Assembly (NCBI RefSeq): GCF_006345805.1
Contig: NC_043005.1
Span: forward strand, 20,398,001-20,462,000
DNA: 64,000 nt
Origin: Octopus sinensis
Taxonomy: Eukaryota
Reading direction: 5' to 3'
Part shown: one piece after another, positions 13,075-26,282 of the stretch
Numbering within the stretch: the stretch's first letter is position 1
Layout of the letters: each line of letters begins with the position of its first letter
The notes under the pieces: model-generated
What the model was told of the DNA's origin: nothing
The model's input: only the letters and a program-made list of their open reading frames with translations
Databases searched by the model: none
Made by a program: the position numbers and the translations under genes

Positions 13075-16000
13075 ACTTCAGATCATCTGTGTTTAGTGTG
13101 ACACAAGAAACGAGCACCATTTTGTGCGAGATCTCACCTACAACTATGTTTGCCATGCGCGAGACCACAGCGAGGCTCTTGTGGGCAACATCTATTTAAG
13201 GAGGTGTATTGAGCAACCCGTCACTTCTCTCTGTTGGCGCTAAGGCCTTCAGGTTGGTTGGCATCTACATGCCTGGGATTCTAGGCAAACGGGTTGGTTT
13301 TTTTCGACGCCTGGAGAACTTCCTGGTGACCTCAAGGACTGTAGTCATGTTAGGTGACTTTAATGCTATACTGGATGCATGCCTGGATAGCGTATGCTCA
13401 AAAGGTAAAACTCATGCCTCATTGATCTGCTGAAGTGCTTCAGACTGGTTGATCAATATAGACTTGACAATCCAAACGTCCCAATGTGGACTTGGGCCAG
13501 GAACGACAGATTGGTCAGGTCTTATATAGATAGGATTGTAGTAAGCGTTAGAGATAAGTGTAGTTTTAGTTGTCCACAGTTCACTTATGTACCCTACTTG
13601 AATCACAAATTAGTGGCGTGTAGGGTGCACATAGATAAGGTGCATAGACAGGGATCTGGATATTGGAAGCTAAACAAGACATTACTGGATTACGAGGCGT
13701 ACTGTAGCCAGATTAAGGTGTTAGTTAAGAGGGCACTAACTGGTTCTGGCATTAACAACCGGTGGTGGAGTGCCCTCAAAAGAGCCTTTCGAATGGAGTT
13801 GATTAGATTTAGCAAACAGTTAAGTCTAGAGTAGGAAGGGAATTAGTTAAGGCATTAAAAGAGGCACTGAAAACGGGCTCTGGGTCACAAGTGTTGGCAG
13901 CGAGATCGGCACTGGATTGACATCTCAATGCCAGACACGAAGGATGCAGAGTCTGGGCTAGGATATGTGCAATGGGCCGTGAAGGTATCAATGCTGCTAG
14001 ATGGGCTCGCTTGGAAGAAACCCAACGTGGCATCGATGCCACGATTGGGTCTTTGGCAGATGAGAACGAACAGGAGATCCAAGGTCAAGAGGAGATATGT
14101 GAGGCCTTTCACAAGCTCCTTGCTGCGTTGTTCGGGAGGGGCAGGACATTGGACCACAGAGATGCCTTACGGCGTTTTCTGACCGGCAGCCCATGTCTTT
14201 CGGCTCGCGATGCTGAGCGCTGTGAAGGACCAATCACAGCCAAAGAGATCATAGAGGTACTTTCCAAGTGCCCCGGGGACAAGGCGCCGGGTCTGGATGG
14301 TCTACCTTACGAATTTTATAGTAGTATGCCAGACTTGTTCGGGAACGTACTGGCCAGTGTGTACACGAATTGGCAGCAGAATGGTAGAATTCCCAAGGCT
14401 GTAAACCGAGGAGTGGTGACACTGATCAGGAAAGACCCGAACAAGGGGGATAACATTAATAATTTTTAGCCCATAACTCTGCTAAACACAGAGTTAAAGA
14501 TTTTGGCCAAGGTGCTTGTGAAGAGAGTTAGGGTTGTCATGAGTGACCTGGTGGGAGAAGCACAGACATGTGCCATCCCAGGAAGGATGATACACGACAA
14601 CCTTTACCTCATTTGCTACACCATAGAGCGGGTTGGTAAAATGCATGGCAATGGTGGGGCACTGGTGAATTTAGACCAGTCTAAGGCATTAGATAGGGTT
14701 GACCATGAGTATCTGGCGGTAGTCCTCTGGGCGGCCGGATTTGGCCCGACCTTCTGAGGCTGGATCAAAGCCATGTATGGCAATATCAAATCTGTAGTTC
14801 AAGTGTTCGGTTCGCCAGGGCTGCCCCAGTCCCTGCTACTGTATGTATTGGCAGTGGAGCCACTGTTGCAGAAGTAGAGGGACATGGGGATGGACCTGCG
14901 TGATATGTGTTGTGGAGCAAATGTGATGACTTATGCGGATGACATCACCATCATCATATCCGATGAAAGGCAGCTACCGTGGATAGAAGATGCCATCAGA
15001 GGATACGAAACGGTGGCAGGAGCTAAAATTAATCAGGAAAAATCAGTCGGCTTGCAACTTGGCACCTGGCAGGGCAAGTCGATGCCTCCCAACAGCATCA
15101 TTGGGCACTGGACGGAGGGCCCGGTTAAAATGCTTGGGGTCTGGTTTGGACTGGACCTCCAGGTGGAGAAGAACTGGAGTGAGGTGATGAGCAAGGTGAC
15201 AGCCATAGCCCAGAAGTGGTCTGGGAGGAAGTTATCCTTGTTGGGAAGGGCGGAGGTTGCACAGTGTTCATAGCATCTGTGATAACCTACTGCCCAACCA
15301 TCGTGCTTTGCCCCGGTTTGTGTCTAACCAAGTTGGAGCGGATCCTTTTCCGCTTTTTATGGGAAAGTAGAAATCCACTTGTGAAGCACTCCATCTGTTG
15401 CCAGAAACCATTAAAGGGTGGGCTAGGGATGCCCTGGCTAATGATGTACAAGTACGTGCTGAGGCTGAGACATCTCCGATGCCACCTGGATGGTGAGCAG
15501 GTGTGGTCAATGCATGCTGAGCAGATCTGCCCAAAGTTAAAGTCCTTTGTGGACTTAGGTACATGGATCACGCAGAAACTCAAGTTGGGGGAATGGCGGG
15601 AGGAGTGCAGACAAGTACTATCCCTCTTCTCTCGAGTGAGCAATGCTGACAGCAGGGTTACCACAGTGGATTTTTATAGTGGGTTGGTAGAGCTTAAGTC
15701 TGATGATGTCTGGGCTTTGATGAGAAGCAGCTAGCCGACCTGTTTCGGAGGACTTTCGGGTCAAGATTTCTGGATAACTACCAGAAATCCATGACCTAGT
15801 TGTACTACTGATCGGCTTTACCGGTTCGGAAAAGGTTGTCTAGGCATGGGTATGACATCTACCCCAAGTGTCCGAGGTGCGGGCGTGCCAGTGAAACGGT
15901 TACGCACGCCTTCATACACTGTGAGGAGTTGAGGGAGTTGATGGCCTTTGCCAAACAGCTGTTGTCGGATGCAGAAAGAGTACGGCTCTTGTCCGAGTCC

Positions 16001-16526
16001 ATGATAAAGATTGTACCACCTTCCTCTTTCGCCAAAGAAAAGAAGGTAGCTTTTCTCTGCGTAGTAACCATACTGAAAGATGTGGTATGGAAGACGCGAG
16101 CAAAAGGGATTGCGACAGGTCAATTCATCTCCGGACGTGGGCTAATGAATTACTTCACTGCCCATCTGTCCAGCAAGATCCATCTGGAGAGGAGGAGCCT
16201 GCCGCAAAGAGCATTTGGAAAAAGATGGACGACAGTGGTAAGAAAGATGAGAATGCACGAAGCTGTGCTTGCACGGTTGGTCGGAGCATAAAAGAAAGGA
16301 AAAAGATTACCAAAAGGGATTACCAACCGGCGGGTTAATTCACTAACCCGGACCCAAATTTCATCCAATCATCATTTATATTTTTAACTCCCATCCACAA
16401 AATATATGTAAATCCATCTGTCTTTTCATAGTGTATATAAGAAGCGTGTTTGCATCCTACATGTCCCTTGTCTGTCCTTGTCATGTCCCCTCTATGTAAA
16501 CCATTTTATAGGTAAATAAAGAAATA
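13075..16526 (+). mobile_element. Tx1/L1-clade LINE: ORF2 (EN-RT-zinc finger) pseudogene plus 3' UTR
   Basis: Endonuclease motifs QET, LGDFNA, YIDRI and GSGYWKLN. RT motifs KAPGLDGLPYEFY, DQSKALDRVDH and YADD (14932-14943). C-terminal CPRCGRASETVTHAFIHC. Several stops and frameshifts. The 3' end is aaataaagaaata. Confidence 0.92.
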
Positions 16527-16990
16527 TCTCTCCGTTGGCACTCACATTGAACAACAGTGCAACCTAGCAGCTCACAGCGGATTCTTATCCCACTCTAACT
16601 TTACCCGTTATCTCTAGAGGTAATGTACCTCTCACGAACGGGGCTAACGAACTACGCGTTGACATACAAATGGTCACCGGGAGCAAACCCCATGAAATGA
16701 GAACCAAATAAACAACCATTGAATTGCATTCGCTTGTAAGCCTCTTCTTCTTCAAGTTCCAGAATCCTAAGACTACAAAAAATAATTGTAATGGTGACTC
16801 CGACCAAGAAAAAGAATTTCGGCAGCCTCAGAGCTTTATTGTTGTAGATGCCTCACTTGAACTACAGAATGGCAGTTTTCGCTTGCCTTCTCAACAAAAA
16901 AAAAAAAAATCAATGGCCCGACGACAGGATATCTTGTCTCGTGTAAGTGAACCTTTAGAATTCAGGTTATTCGCCTTGAACTCGTACCTA
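16527..16990 (+). promoter_or_regulatory. CpG-rich segment with a candidate first exon (ATG 16913, MARRQDILSR, GTAAGT donor at 16943)
   Basis: Many CpGs in an otherwise CpG-poor window, A at -3 and G at +4 around the ATG, and a perfect donor. No downstream partner exon was confirmed. Confidence 0.35.
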
Positions 16991-17239
16991 GAAGAGTATG
17001 CATTTTCCTTACAAGGAAAATACACAGTATTCTTTCAAATAATCTCCTGTTGAAGTAATTTCTCCCACAATGGGATCTTTTCACTTTGACTGGTAGATTC
17101 TGCCGTAGTTTGTCAACAACATTTTCTGGCAGTGTCATATCAATTTGTCACTGTTATTTATGAGAAAAAAGATACCCTGTGACCATAAACTGAGGGGTCA
17201 CTCGTAAATAGAGCTGGATAACAAAACCGTTCCCTCTTT

Positions 17240-17930
17240 TGTGTCCATCCATAATTATGACCCTAGTGTCTTACTTCTTTTACATTTGCTTTGTCTATGT
17301 ATAATAGAGCACGTGTTCCTCTGTCTTTCTTCCTGCAACCATTCTGTTCTTCTGGCAGTAAATTCTAGCTGTGAAGATCTTGTAAATGCTTTCTGGAAAC
17401 ATTTTTTTTAACAGCTTCCATGCTAATGGCAAGCATGTGACTGGTCTATAATCATAAGCTATATTACCCTTGCTTTTGTCTTTCCTAAGGAGTATTGTTT
17501 TTCTTCAAGCCATCCAATGAAGCATCACTCCTCCATTCAAGTAATCCTGAAGTTGTTCTTTCAGTCTCTCATATAAGCTTCCAAATTTCATTAACCTTGA
17601 AATAAATCTGGTCCTGGGCCTAAGCAATTTGATACTCTTCTTAACACTTCGCTCATTAATGCACTAATTAGTTTTAGATTTGGCTGCTTCTCACTAACTA
17701 CTTCTACCCTTACTTTCTTTAATCATGCTGCATCTCCATTATGACTGACTGGCTTATCCCAAATATTACTCACAGATCTCTTTAGCTTTTTCAGCCTTAG
17801 GCTTTCACCTTCAGTAGTTTCTTCTATACTATTTATTTGGTGATAAAAATCTCCTCTGGTCTGTCTCAAGCAATCTGTTCTGTTGATATTGATCTACTCT
17901 TTTCTGATATCTCATTTTCCTGGAAAACTA
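17240..17930 (-). mobile_element. Dong/R4-clade LINE reverse transcriptase fragment
   Basis: Manual minus-strand translation gives GPGPDLFQG, KTILLRKDKSKGNIAYDYRPVTCLPLAWKLL and PEEQNGCRKKDRGT..LLYIDKA, matching R4/Dong RT N-terminal motifs. Confidence 0.75.
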
Positions 17931-18149
17931 AAGAAGCAAATTAGGCATAGGATTTTTGATGCCTGAATACATAGGATAGAATGTGCGTACAACAGAAACA
18001 AGGCACAACTTTAATTTGATTAGGAAGTGTGGATACATGTCGTCTTGCCTATTATAGTCTGATGGCATTCATGTCTTTAAAATTTATTTTATTCATTTAA
18101 ATGTATTGTTCTCTGTTTTGCATTCATAAAAAATTTTTATTTTAAATGA

Positions 18150-18452
18150 TAAATGCACCAAATTATGTCATTCTTCATCTATTTCTGTTGTATGCTTTTT
18201 ACATGTTTGATCATGGATGATAATGGCTACTTTATCTTTCATCTTGACATTACTGAAACAAATTGAAAAAGTCCTGTTGAATAACAATGTATTTTGCACA
18301 AAGCAAGTTCCACATTACATGTCAAATCCAACTTTGGATTGATTTATTCTTCTTACACTAGTGAATACCTTTGATGTCCAGTGGTTTTCTCACTTGCATT
18401 CTTGTATGATTAATTAAATGACATTTTCATAAATAAACATTGGAATATAGAG

Positions 18453-18487
<35 letters not shown>

Positions 18488-20330
18488 GTCACACATACAC
18501 GCATGTATACATGACCACTTATTTTGTTGTCAACTCTAACATTAATTTATCATCATTATCATCATCATCTTCATAGTTTTAATGTCTGCTTTTTTGTGAC
18601 TGCATGGGTCAGCCATGACAATGTTGAGGCAGACTTTTCTATGTATTGATAATCTTTTTCACCAACCCTTACTTGCTTCCTGGCATAGTAATGTTTCTCC
18701 TAATCTGTTGACTAATGAACAGCCTAGACATACTTTTTTGAGTGAAGAATTGTAAATAGATAACTGACTCCATTTTGCATGAATGAGGATCTTTGTTTAC
18801 AGTCAGTGTTCATATGAGGAATGCATACACATTCACTCCATCACACATAAACTAGCATACACACACGCATGCATGACAGGTCTCTTCCAGTTTCCACTTA
18901 CTGAAATTTACTTACATGGTGTTGGTTGACTCATGGCTTCATGGCTACAGTAGAAGACACATTGCTGATCAATTTCTGGCTCTCTAATTCCCTCAATTGT
19001 GATCCTATGGGTTACTATATATGAGGTGTGGTTGAGAAAGATACCAAGCACTCTGTCTGCAGCATCAAGGCCAAGCTGGTGGTCAAGTTTGAAGAGATGT
19101 TCAAAGATCTTCTCAGGGACATAGTGAGGAATGCATGCACCATGTTCTGCAACTATTTTGAGGCCATGGTGGAAACTTTTTTTGAATGGGATATTGCATT
19201 TTCTTTCCCCATTTAGCCTGAATACCCTGCAGAGCTGAGTCACATATCCAGAGAATTTCAGAAAACGAAACAACATTTTGTAAAGTTTATGAGGAACCAA
19301 AATACAATCTGAAATAGTGAATCTAGCAAATAAGAATGACGAGATCAGTGGCACATAATTTTGATGGCTGAATTCATATGATAGTAGGTATGTACAAGAG
19401 AGGAAGGACACAGCTTCACATTGATTGGGCTATGTGTGAATAAATGTTGCCTGCTATAGACTGATAATGCCATTTTTAAAATTTAAATTGATTTTATTAA
19501 TGTTAAAAGTATTATATTCCTATTTTACATTCACAAAGAAAATTTACTAATTGTAAATGATAGATACATTAAATTATATCAGTGATCATCTATTTCTATT
19601 GTATGGCTGTAGACATTTAATGGCTACTTTATCTCTCATCCTAAAATTATTGAAAGAAATAGAAAAGGTTCAGTTGAATAACAACATATCATGCACAAAG
19701 CCAGCACCACATTACATGTCAAAGCCAATTTTGGATTGATTTATTCATCATATATTAGTGAATACCTTTGATGTCCAGTGGTTTTCTCACTAGTATTCTT
19801 GTATGATTAATCAAATGACTTTTTAGTAAGTAAACATTAGAACATAGTCTTTCTCACAGATACAGTTTCTCTCTCTCTCTCTCTCACACACATGCACACT
19901 TAAAGTGAAACTTTCTTTGTTGACATGCCATATGATGACCATCTGTTCGGTAGTCAACTTAAGCAATGATAAATCATCACCATCATCTTCATTAGTGCCA
20001 TCCACCACCACTGCCACCACCATCACCACCAGCACCAGCACTACACTCATCACCACCACACTCACCACCTTCACCATTGTCATCATCGTCATCAAAAATA
20101 TGCTTGTTGAGGCAAATTTTTCTTTGGCTGGAAAGTCTTCCTGTTGTCAACTCTCACCTGTTTTCAAGCAAGTTGATATTTTCCCTAGTTCAAAGAACAA
20201 GGATCTATCTGAACATGCTTTCATGAAAAATTGTATACAAATGTATTAAAGGTGATCTTTGTTTATAACCAGTTTGCACATATCAGGATAAGGGAACACA
20301 CACATTTACACAGGGCTCTTCTAGTTTCCA
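18150..20330 (+). repeat. Local segmental duplication (18150-18900 vs 19550-20330), with a third copy at 31835-32600
   Basis: Shared blocks such as ggattgatttattc..cactagtgaatacctttgatgtccagtggttttctcac. Confidence 0.85.
18950..19200 (+). mobile_element. Tc1/mariner (maT/DD37D-like) transposase C-terminal fragment
   Basis: Resembles WPPNSPDCNPMDYYIWGVVE followed by KDTKHSVCSIKAKLV...IVRNACTMF...EAMVE. Confidence 0.65.
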
Positions 20331-20585
20331 TGTATCATATTTCACTCACAACCTGCAGCTGTAGTGGAAAAGATCCGTTGCTGATTAGACATGATTAGCT
20401 GCACTGCTGACATAATTATGTGTGATGCTGACATTAAGTTGCTCTGGCGTTAACACGATTAGCTATGATATTCACATGGTTAGCTGTGATAGAACTGATT
20501 GATACACAATAGCGATAAGTAGCTTTAACAATGTCATATTACAGGGTTTGTGTGACAAAGAGTGAAAGTATAATATACCTTATTA

Positions 20586-21302
20586 TGAGGTGGCTTCAAA
20601 AATTTCCCTGACAAGTTTTGTAGTGCACCAACAGATGGCAGCACACAGTTGTTTGCGCAGTGAGAGGTAGCAGAGACCTTCATGAGGCAGTGTGCCAAGT
20701 GACATCACTGTGTTTACTTCACAAGTCGAGAAATGTTTGTGTTTTTGTGATCGTGTATATGCCATAGTCTGTGATTTTGTCATGGACAAGAAGTTGGAAG
20801 AAAAAGCTAACGTGAAATTTTGTATTAAACTTGGGAAGTCTGCTACAGAGGTATTGAGCATGCTTTGGCAGGCTTACGGTGATGAGGCAATGGGTTGTAT
20901 GCATTGTTTCGAGTGGCACAAATACTTCAAAAGGGGAAGAACCTCTGGAAGACAGTGAGTGATGTGGAAGACCTGCTACAAGCATCAGCCTCAGAAATTT
21001 GGAATTGTACATTGAGAATTTATCCCCCAGGACCAGACTGTCAATCAAGAGTTCTGCTGCAACGTTTTGAAATATTTGAGGAATAATATTCAGGGAGTCA
21101 AGATCCAGAGTGAATCCCAGAAAATCCTCAACTCATTTATGGAAAATGACTTCCAAGCTGGATTCTAAAAGTGACAGGAATGCTGGGACTAATGTATTGC
21201 TGTGCAAGGTGACTAGTTTGAAAGAGATGATGTTAAAACTTAGGCAAATAATTTTTTTTTTATTAAGTAAAACTAGTCCTAGAACATTCTCATATCATCT
21301 CA
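20586..21302 (+). mobile_element. Internally deleted mariner (irritans-like)
   Basis: N-terminus MDKKLEEKANVKFCIKLGKSATE...FEWHKYFKRGR. Degenerate TIRs (tgaggtggcttcaaaaattt versus reverse complement tgagatgatatgagaatgtt) with flanking TA. Confidence 0.75.
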
Positions 21303-22690
21303 TATAATGGCACTTTAGAGTAAAAATATCTATTTCAAAATTATTTCATTGTGTTAAGGACACCAAAAACTTTATTATTTGTAGATTTGACTTTGTTTTC
21401 AATTGTGATTGACTGATTTCATTCTTTATAGTTTTTTTGTAATATCTTAACTTGCAATTGCATTTTGTGCACCAAGTCAAAAGCTTCTATTTTGACTTGA
21501 ATGTGGTATAATTTATTAAAAAATTAATTAATTATTAGAAAATTAAGTTTACATCTTCTAAAGTGATCTTTACTTTTGTGTGTGGTGCAAAAATTAGTCA
21601 AGCATTTTCTGGAGGTGTAGGGTTTAGAAAAGGTCATAGTTGCGAAATTGCATGGCTTTGTAGGTAAGAAGTTCCATTCACATGGTTTTAGGTTTAATCC
21701 CACCGTGTGGCACTTTGAACAAGTGTCTTCTACAATAGATTTGGGCTGAGCCAAGTTTTGTTAGAGGATTTGGTAGATGGAAACTGACAGAAGCCTATGT
21801 ATGCATATATTCTTTTATTCTATCAGTCACTTTCAGTCACTTGCCTGGGGTCATGCTGGAGCACCACCTTAAAGGGTTTTTTAGTCAAAGAAATTGACCC
21901 CAGGACTTATTCTTTGTAAGTTTAGTACTTATTCTATTGGTCTCTTTCGCCAAACCACCAAGTTACAGGGATGTAAACACACCAACATTGGTTGTCAAGT
22001 GATTGTGGGAGGGTAAACACAGACACAAAGACAAACACACATACCCCCCCCCCCCCACACATGGTGGGCTTCTTTCAGTTTCCATCTACCAAATCCACTT
22101 CCAAGGCTCAGGTCAGCCTGAAGGTATAGTAGAAGACACTTATCCAATGTGCCACTCAGTAGGACTGAACCTGGAACCATGTGGCTGGGAGGCAAGTTTC
22201 TGACCACACAGCCATGCTTGCATCATGTATATATATTATATTTGTGTGTAAAAGTGTGTTTGTGTGAAGGATTTCTTACCTCATTTGCATCTACACATGC
22301 ATTTTGCTAATGCTATCATTTGCTTGTCACCCATTACAAAATATGATCAACTTCTCTGCATGATCTTCATTAACTAAAAGTCTTGTTTTGGTGTCATTTG
22401 TTTTCATTTCTCCATGTAAGAATATCTGGACTGTTTGTTGCTTGATAAAGACTGGAAGATTATTACTTCACATAAGAAGGGCACCTGTCCCAACATACTG
22501 TTATGGGACCCATGTAAGCATGGAAAAGTTGATGTAAAATGATGACAATGATGAAAATGTAGCTACACAGTGTCTCTGGCTAAATGCTTAGAACCTGTGA
22601 TCAGCTGCAAATGTAACAGATCTTATATATCCAGCACCTATATAAGTAGCATGCTGCAGGTACTATGTTGGTACTGGAGATGGTATATGC

Positions 22691-22920
22691 AAGGCAAGCT
22701 GGCAGAAACGTTAGCATGCCGGGCGAAACGCTTAGTGGTATTTCGTCTGCTGTTATGTTCTGAGTTCATATTCCGCCGAGGTCGACTTTGCCTTTCATCC
22801 TTTTGGGGTTGATGAATTAAGTACCAGTTATGCACTGAGGTCAATATAATCAACTTAATCCGTTTGTCTGTCCTTGTTTGTCCTCCCTGTGTTTAGCCCC
22901 TTGTGGGTAGTAAAGAAATA
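22691..22920 (+). mobile_element. SINE family S1 (representative copy, Tx1-like tail, with TSD)
   Basis: Flanked by the direct repeat ggtatatgcaagg (22682 and 22921). Other copies at about 8210-8625(-), 26842-27058, 28016-28240, 31477-31745, 45830-45968, 46655-46755(-), 46763-46985, 48381-48601, 48838-49002(-), 60023-60228 and 63320-63440. Confidence 0.88.
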
Positions 22921-24327
22921 GGTATATGCAAGGAGATGGCATATTTAGTGTTGGAGGCAAAGAATATTCCATGCTATCTCACTCACTTCATAATTATGTA
23001 TGAAAACTGCTATAAAAATGTTAATGATAACAATTATCAAATTTCATTGATATGTCTATTGTTGCTGTTCTCCTTCTCCTCCTCCTCTTACTACTGCTAC
23101 TGCTGCTGCATAAAAGTTTTCTCTCTTGATGGGGGTCTATGAATAAGAGTCAGATATCATTGAAGTCAAGTCTATAAGAATCATGTTCATATGTTTAATA
23201 ATTACAGCTTTAGTTTCACTGTGGTATAAGACTTTGTGGCTAGACCACAGCTTTCAACAGTTTTGCACGAGAATTGAACTAATTGACTTAATGGGGACCA
23301 CTTATCTAAATGCTGGAAGCAGGAGCTTGAAGATTAAACCTAGCTCAATCCTCATCAAGGTACAGAAGACGCTCGTATACATGGGGAATAATTTCACAAA
23401 ACTAAAATGCTTAATGTTTTGGAATTATTCCATTAAGTCTAGAAGAGTTGTCTCCCCTGTTGTACTATTTTCTTTCTCTACTAAAATTACTAGTAATCTT
23501 TGTTTGATGTGTCTATCCAGTTTCTTTGGGTATCCCTGACAACAGGTAACGTCCATTTGGAAGCTTGATGCTTTCTTTGATCACCGATCATCACATACCA
23601 TATAAATGGTTAGTAAACTCTGAAGATATAGGACTCTAGCAGGCAAAATATCTCCCTGATATCATAGTAAGAGGGATACTTCCTGCTGGATAAGAATTCA
23701 GTTGCTGAAAGTTAACAGTGAAAGATGATCGGATATCCATTCATTCATTCGGTGAACTAAAAGCATTGAGAAAATGTAGAATAAAGAGCTCCATTGAGAG
23801 ACTTGGCAAAATCCTTGTAAATGAAAGATTTATAACCCAATATCATTTACAAAACAAGTTTGTTAAAAATCTCTCTATATATAAATGGCAAAATGTCTGT
23901 GTGTGTGTGTGCGTATCCTTTATACAAATTCACAATTTTTCAGTTAGAGGGCTTGCACTTTCTATGGTCATTAAAAACCGTCCAAGGGTGGTCGTGCACA
24001 TCTTTACATTTCCCCAGTCACCCCGCAAAGCGATTAAAAAATCAATAGAAGTGACTTTTTTGTGAATTTTCTATCCAAAACCCAATCAAAATGCCCAAAA
24101 CTTGATACGCCAATTGAATGCCGGCTAGCTGTATGTGATTGGTTGGAGATTTGGACAGTACTCGCGTGTACGTGCACACGCATGCAGCTGTATCTGCATA
24201 CACTAGCACTATGACCCAGCATTGCCGGGTCATAGTGCTAGTATGTGTATATATATATATACTAGGTGTGGGCCAATCAGTGCTTTGTGAGTGGATTTGG
24301 TAGACAGAAACTGAAAGAAGCCCATCG

Positions 24328-24358
<31 letters not shown>

Positions 24359-24540
24359 TTAATAAGGGTGAGAGAATTAGATACTAATTTAATAGTATAT
24401 CTATTCAACACCAAGTGGCCTAGTGCTCCGAGAAACCTGGATATTATAATATTTTATAATATATTACAATTTTACAAAATAAATATAAGAGAGTGGTCAC
24501 TATCCAATAGTGACCACTCTCTTATATATATATATATATA

Positions 24541-24670
24541 TATTATAGTGGGGTAGGCTGGCTTATGGAGTTACTCTGTGTTCCTCGCTCATACAGGGTT
24601 TAGCCTTATGGCATATCTTCAGATCTCAAACCCAGGGTAACCCCATAAATTGGTCTACCCCACTATAATA
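24541..24670. mobile_element. 130-bp MITE-like hairpin next to (TA)n
   Basis: Perfect 16-bp inverted repeat (24541-24556 / 24655-24670) plus an inner 17/20 inverted repeat. Confidence 0.7.
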
Positions 24671-25404
24671 TTAACTGATCTACATCTTAGAGTGTGCTTC
24701 TCCTCTAGATTTATGTATTTCTACAAACGATATAAGTGTGTCTGTGTTTGGGCCTGTGTTTGTCCTCCACCACTGCTCGACAACCAATATCAGTGTGTTT
24801 ACATCCCTGTAACTTAGTGGTTCAGCAAAGAGACTGATAGAATAAGTACAAGGCTTAAAAATTCTTCAAGGTGGTGCCCCTGCATGACTGTAGTCTAATG
24901 ACCAATGCAAGTAAAAGATAAAGATACATACATATCATAACAATGTACTCAACTGTTCACACTTAAACTATACACAAGGAATAGACCGTCATTATTGTGT
25001 CAATGTTGTTGCTGTTTTCATTAGTGTTGGTGGCACTGGTGTCATTACAGACTTGGTCTAACTGGGTCTTCAGCAGCACAACCTCTCTCCACTTGTTGTA
25101 GCCCCTTGTTATCTCTCTTCTAAGGTTTGGTATTTTAAACTTATTCCTGTATCAACCTCAATCTTTGCTTTCTGCAGGTGGTTTCCACTTCAGTCACTTG
25201 ACACTTCTTTAACTAGCTGTTATTCTCTGTATGCAACACATACCCATACATGCACAGTCTTTTCTCTTACATGTTATAACAGATTTCTATAAATTTATTA
25301 ATACTTTGTCTTTCATTCATACTAACATTCAGTGCCAACTGGAGCTTACTTTATTTCTTCCTAGCTCTCATATATCCTCTGCATCAAATAGACACATCTT
25401 GCTA

Positions 25405-25790
25405 TCCTGGAAACACTCTGTCGGTTACGACGACGAGGGTTCCAGTTGATCCGAATCAATGGAACAGCCTGCTCATGAAATTAACGTGTAAGTGGCTGAG
25501 CACTCCACAGACACGAGTACCCTTAACGTAGTTCTCGGGGATATTCAGCGTGACACAGAGAGTGACAAGGCCGGCCCTTTGAAATACAGGTACAACAGAA
25601 ACAGGAAGTAAGAGTGAGAGAAAGTTGTGGTGAAAGAGTACAGCAGGGATCACCAACATCCCCTGCCGGAGCCTCATGGAGCTTTAGGTGTTTTCACTCA
25701 ATAAACACTCACAACGCCCGGTCTGGGAATCGAAACCGCGATCCTATGACCGCGAGTCCGCTGCCCTAACCACTGGGCCATTGCGCCTCC
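25405..25790 (-). mobile_element. tRNA-derived SINE
   Basis: Minus-strand head ggaggcgcaatggcccagtggttagggcagcggactcg...gtttcgattccc carries A-box and B-box motifs. CpG-rich, so probably young. Confidence 0.8.
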
Positions 25791-26282
25791 ATACATCTTA
25801 CTATCATGCAATATCACGCTTCACACACTATATGCACACACATACACACAGGAATCACTGGTATTCATCTGAGAAGTGGGTTATTGTGCACATTACCTTG
25901 ATGATGCTCCTTGATGAATAAGCAACTCCATTGTGCACATCGACATTGTTCAGCAGTCAGAATAAACCATTTGAATTTTGTAAACTTGACCTGTAATATA
26001 ATATGCATGCAATTACTTTTGATTTTATTGATATGTTGTAATCCTGGTAGTTCATTCTGAAATTACCAAGGTACAATAATGGATAAGACCTATGACCCCA
26101 CTAAAAGAGCCCTTGATTGAAAGGATACTTGCCTTAGTTATGTTACTCTAATTGCACCCTGTCTAGATGTCACAGTTGCTGGCTACATTGTCACTGTCAA
26201 CCATATAATATTGGAGGGAAAGTTAGCATTTTGGGTCTAGAAAATGATGAGCTCACTCCCTTTTTCTGTCCATAAAGAGTTT

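Noticed and set aside
19557-19739. Short ORF MATLSLILKLLKEIEKV... partly conserved in three repeat copies
   Set aside because: The conservation is explained by duplication, and the third copy has a frameshift and a stop.
23521-23545. 25-nt phase 0-1 micro-exon (FLWVSLTT) that would link MARRQDILSR to the phase-1 exons
   Set aside because: AG/GT pairs of this quality occur by chance, and the surrounding sequence looks like an old retroelement on the minus strand.
25700-25790. tRNA gene
   Set aside because: The tRNA-like head continues into a SINE body and does not form a full cloverleaf followed by a terminator.
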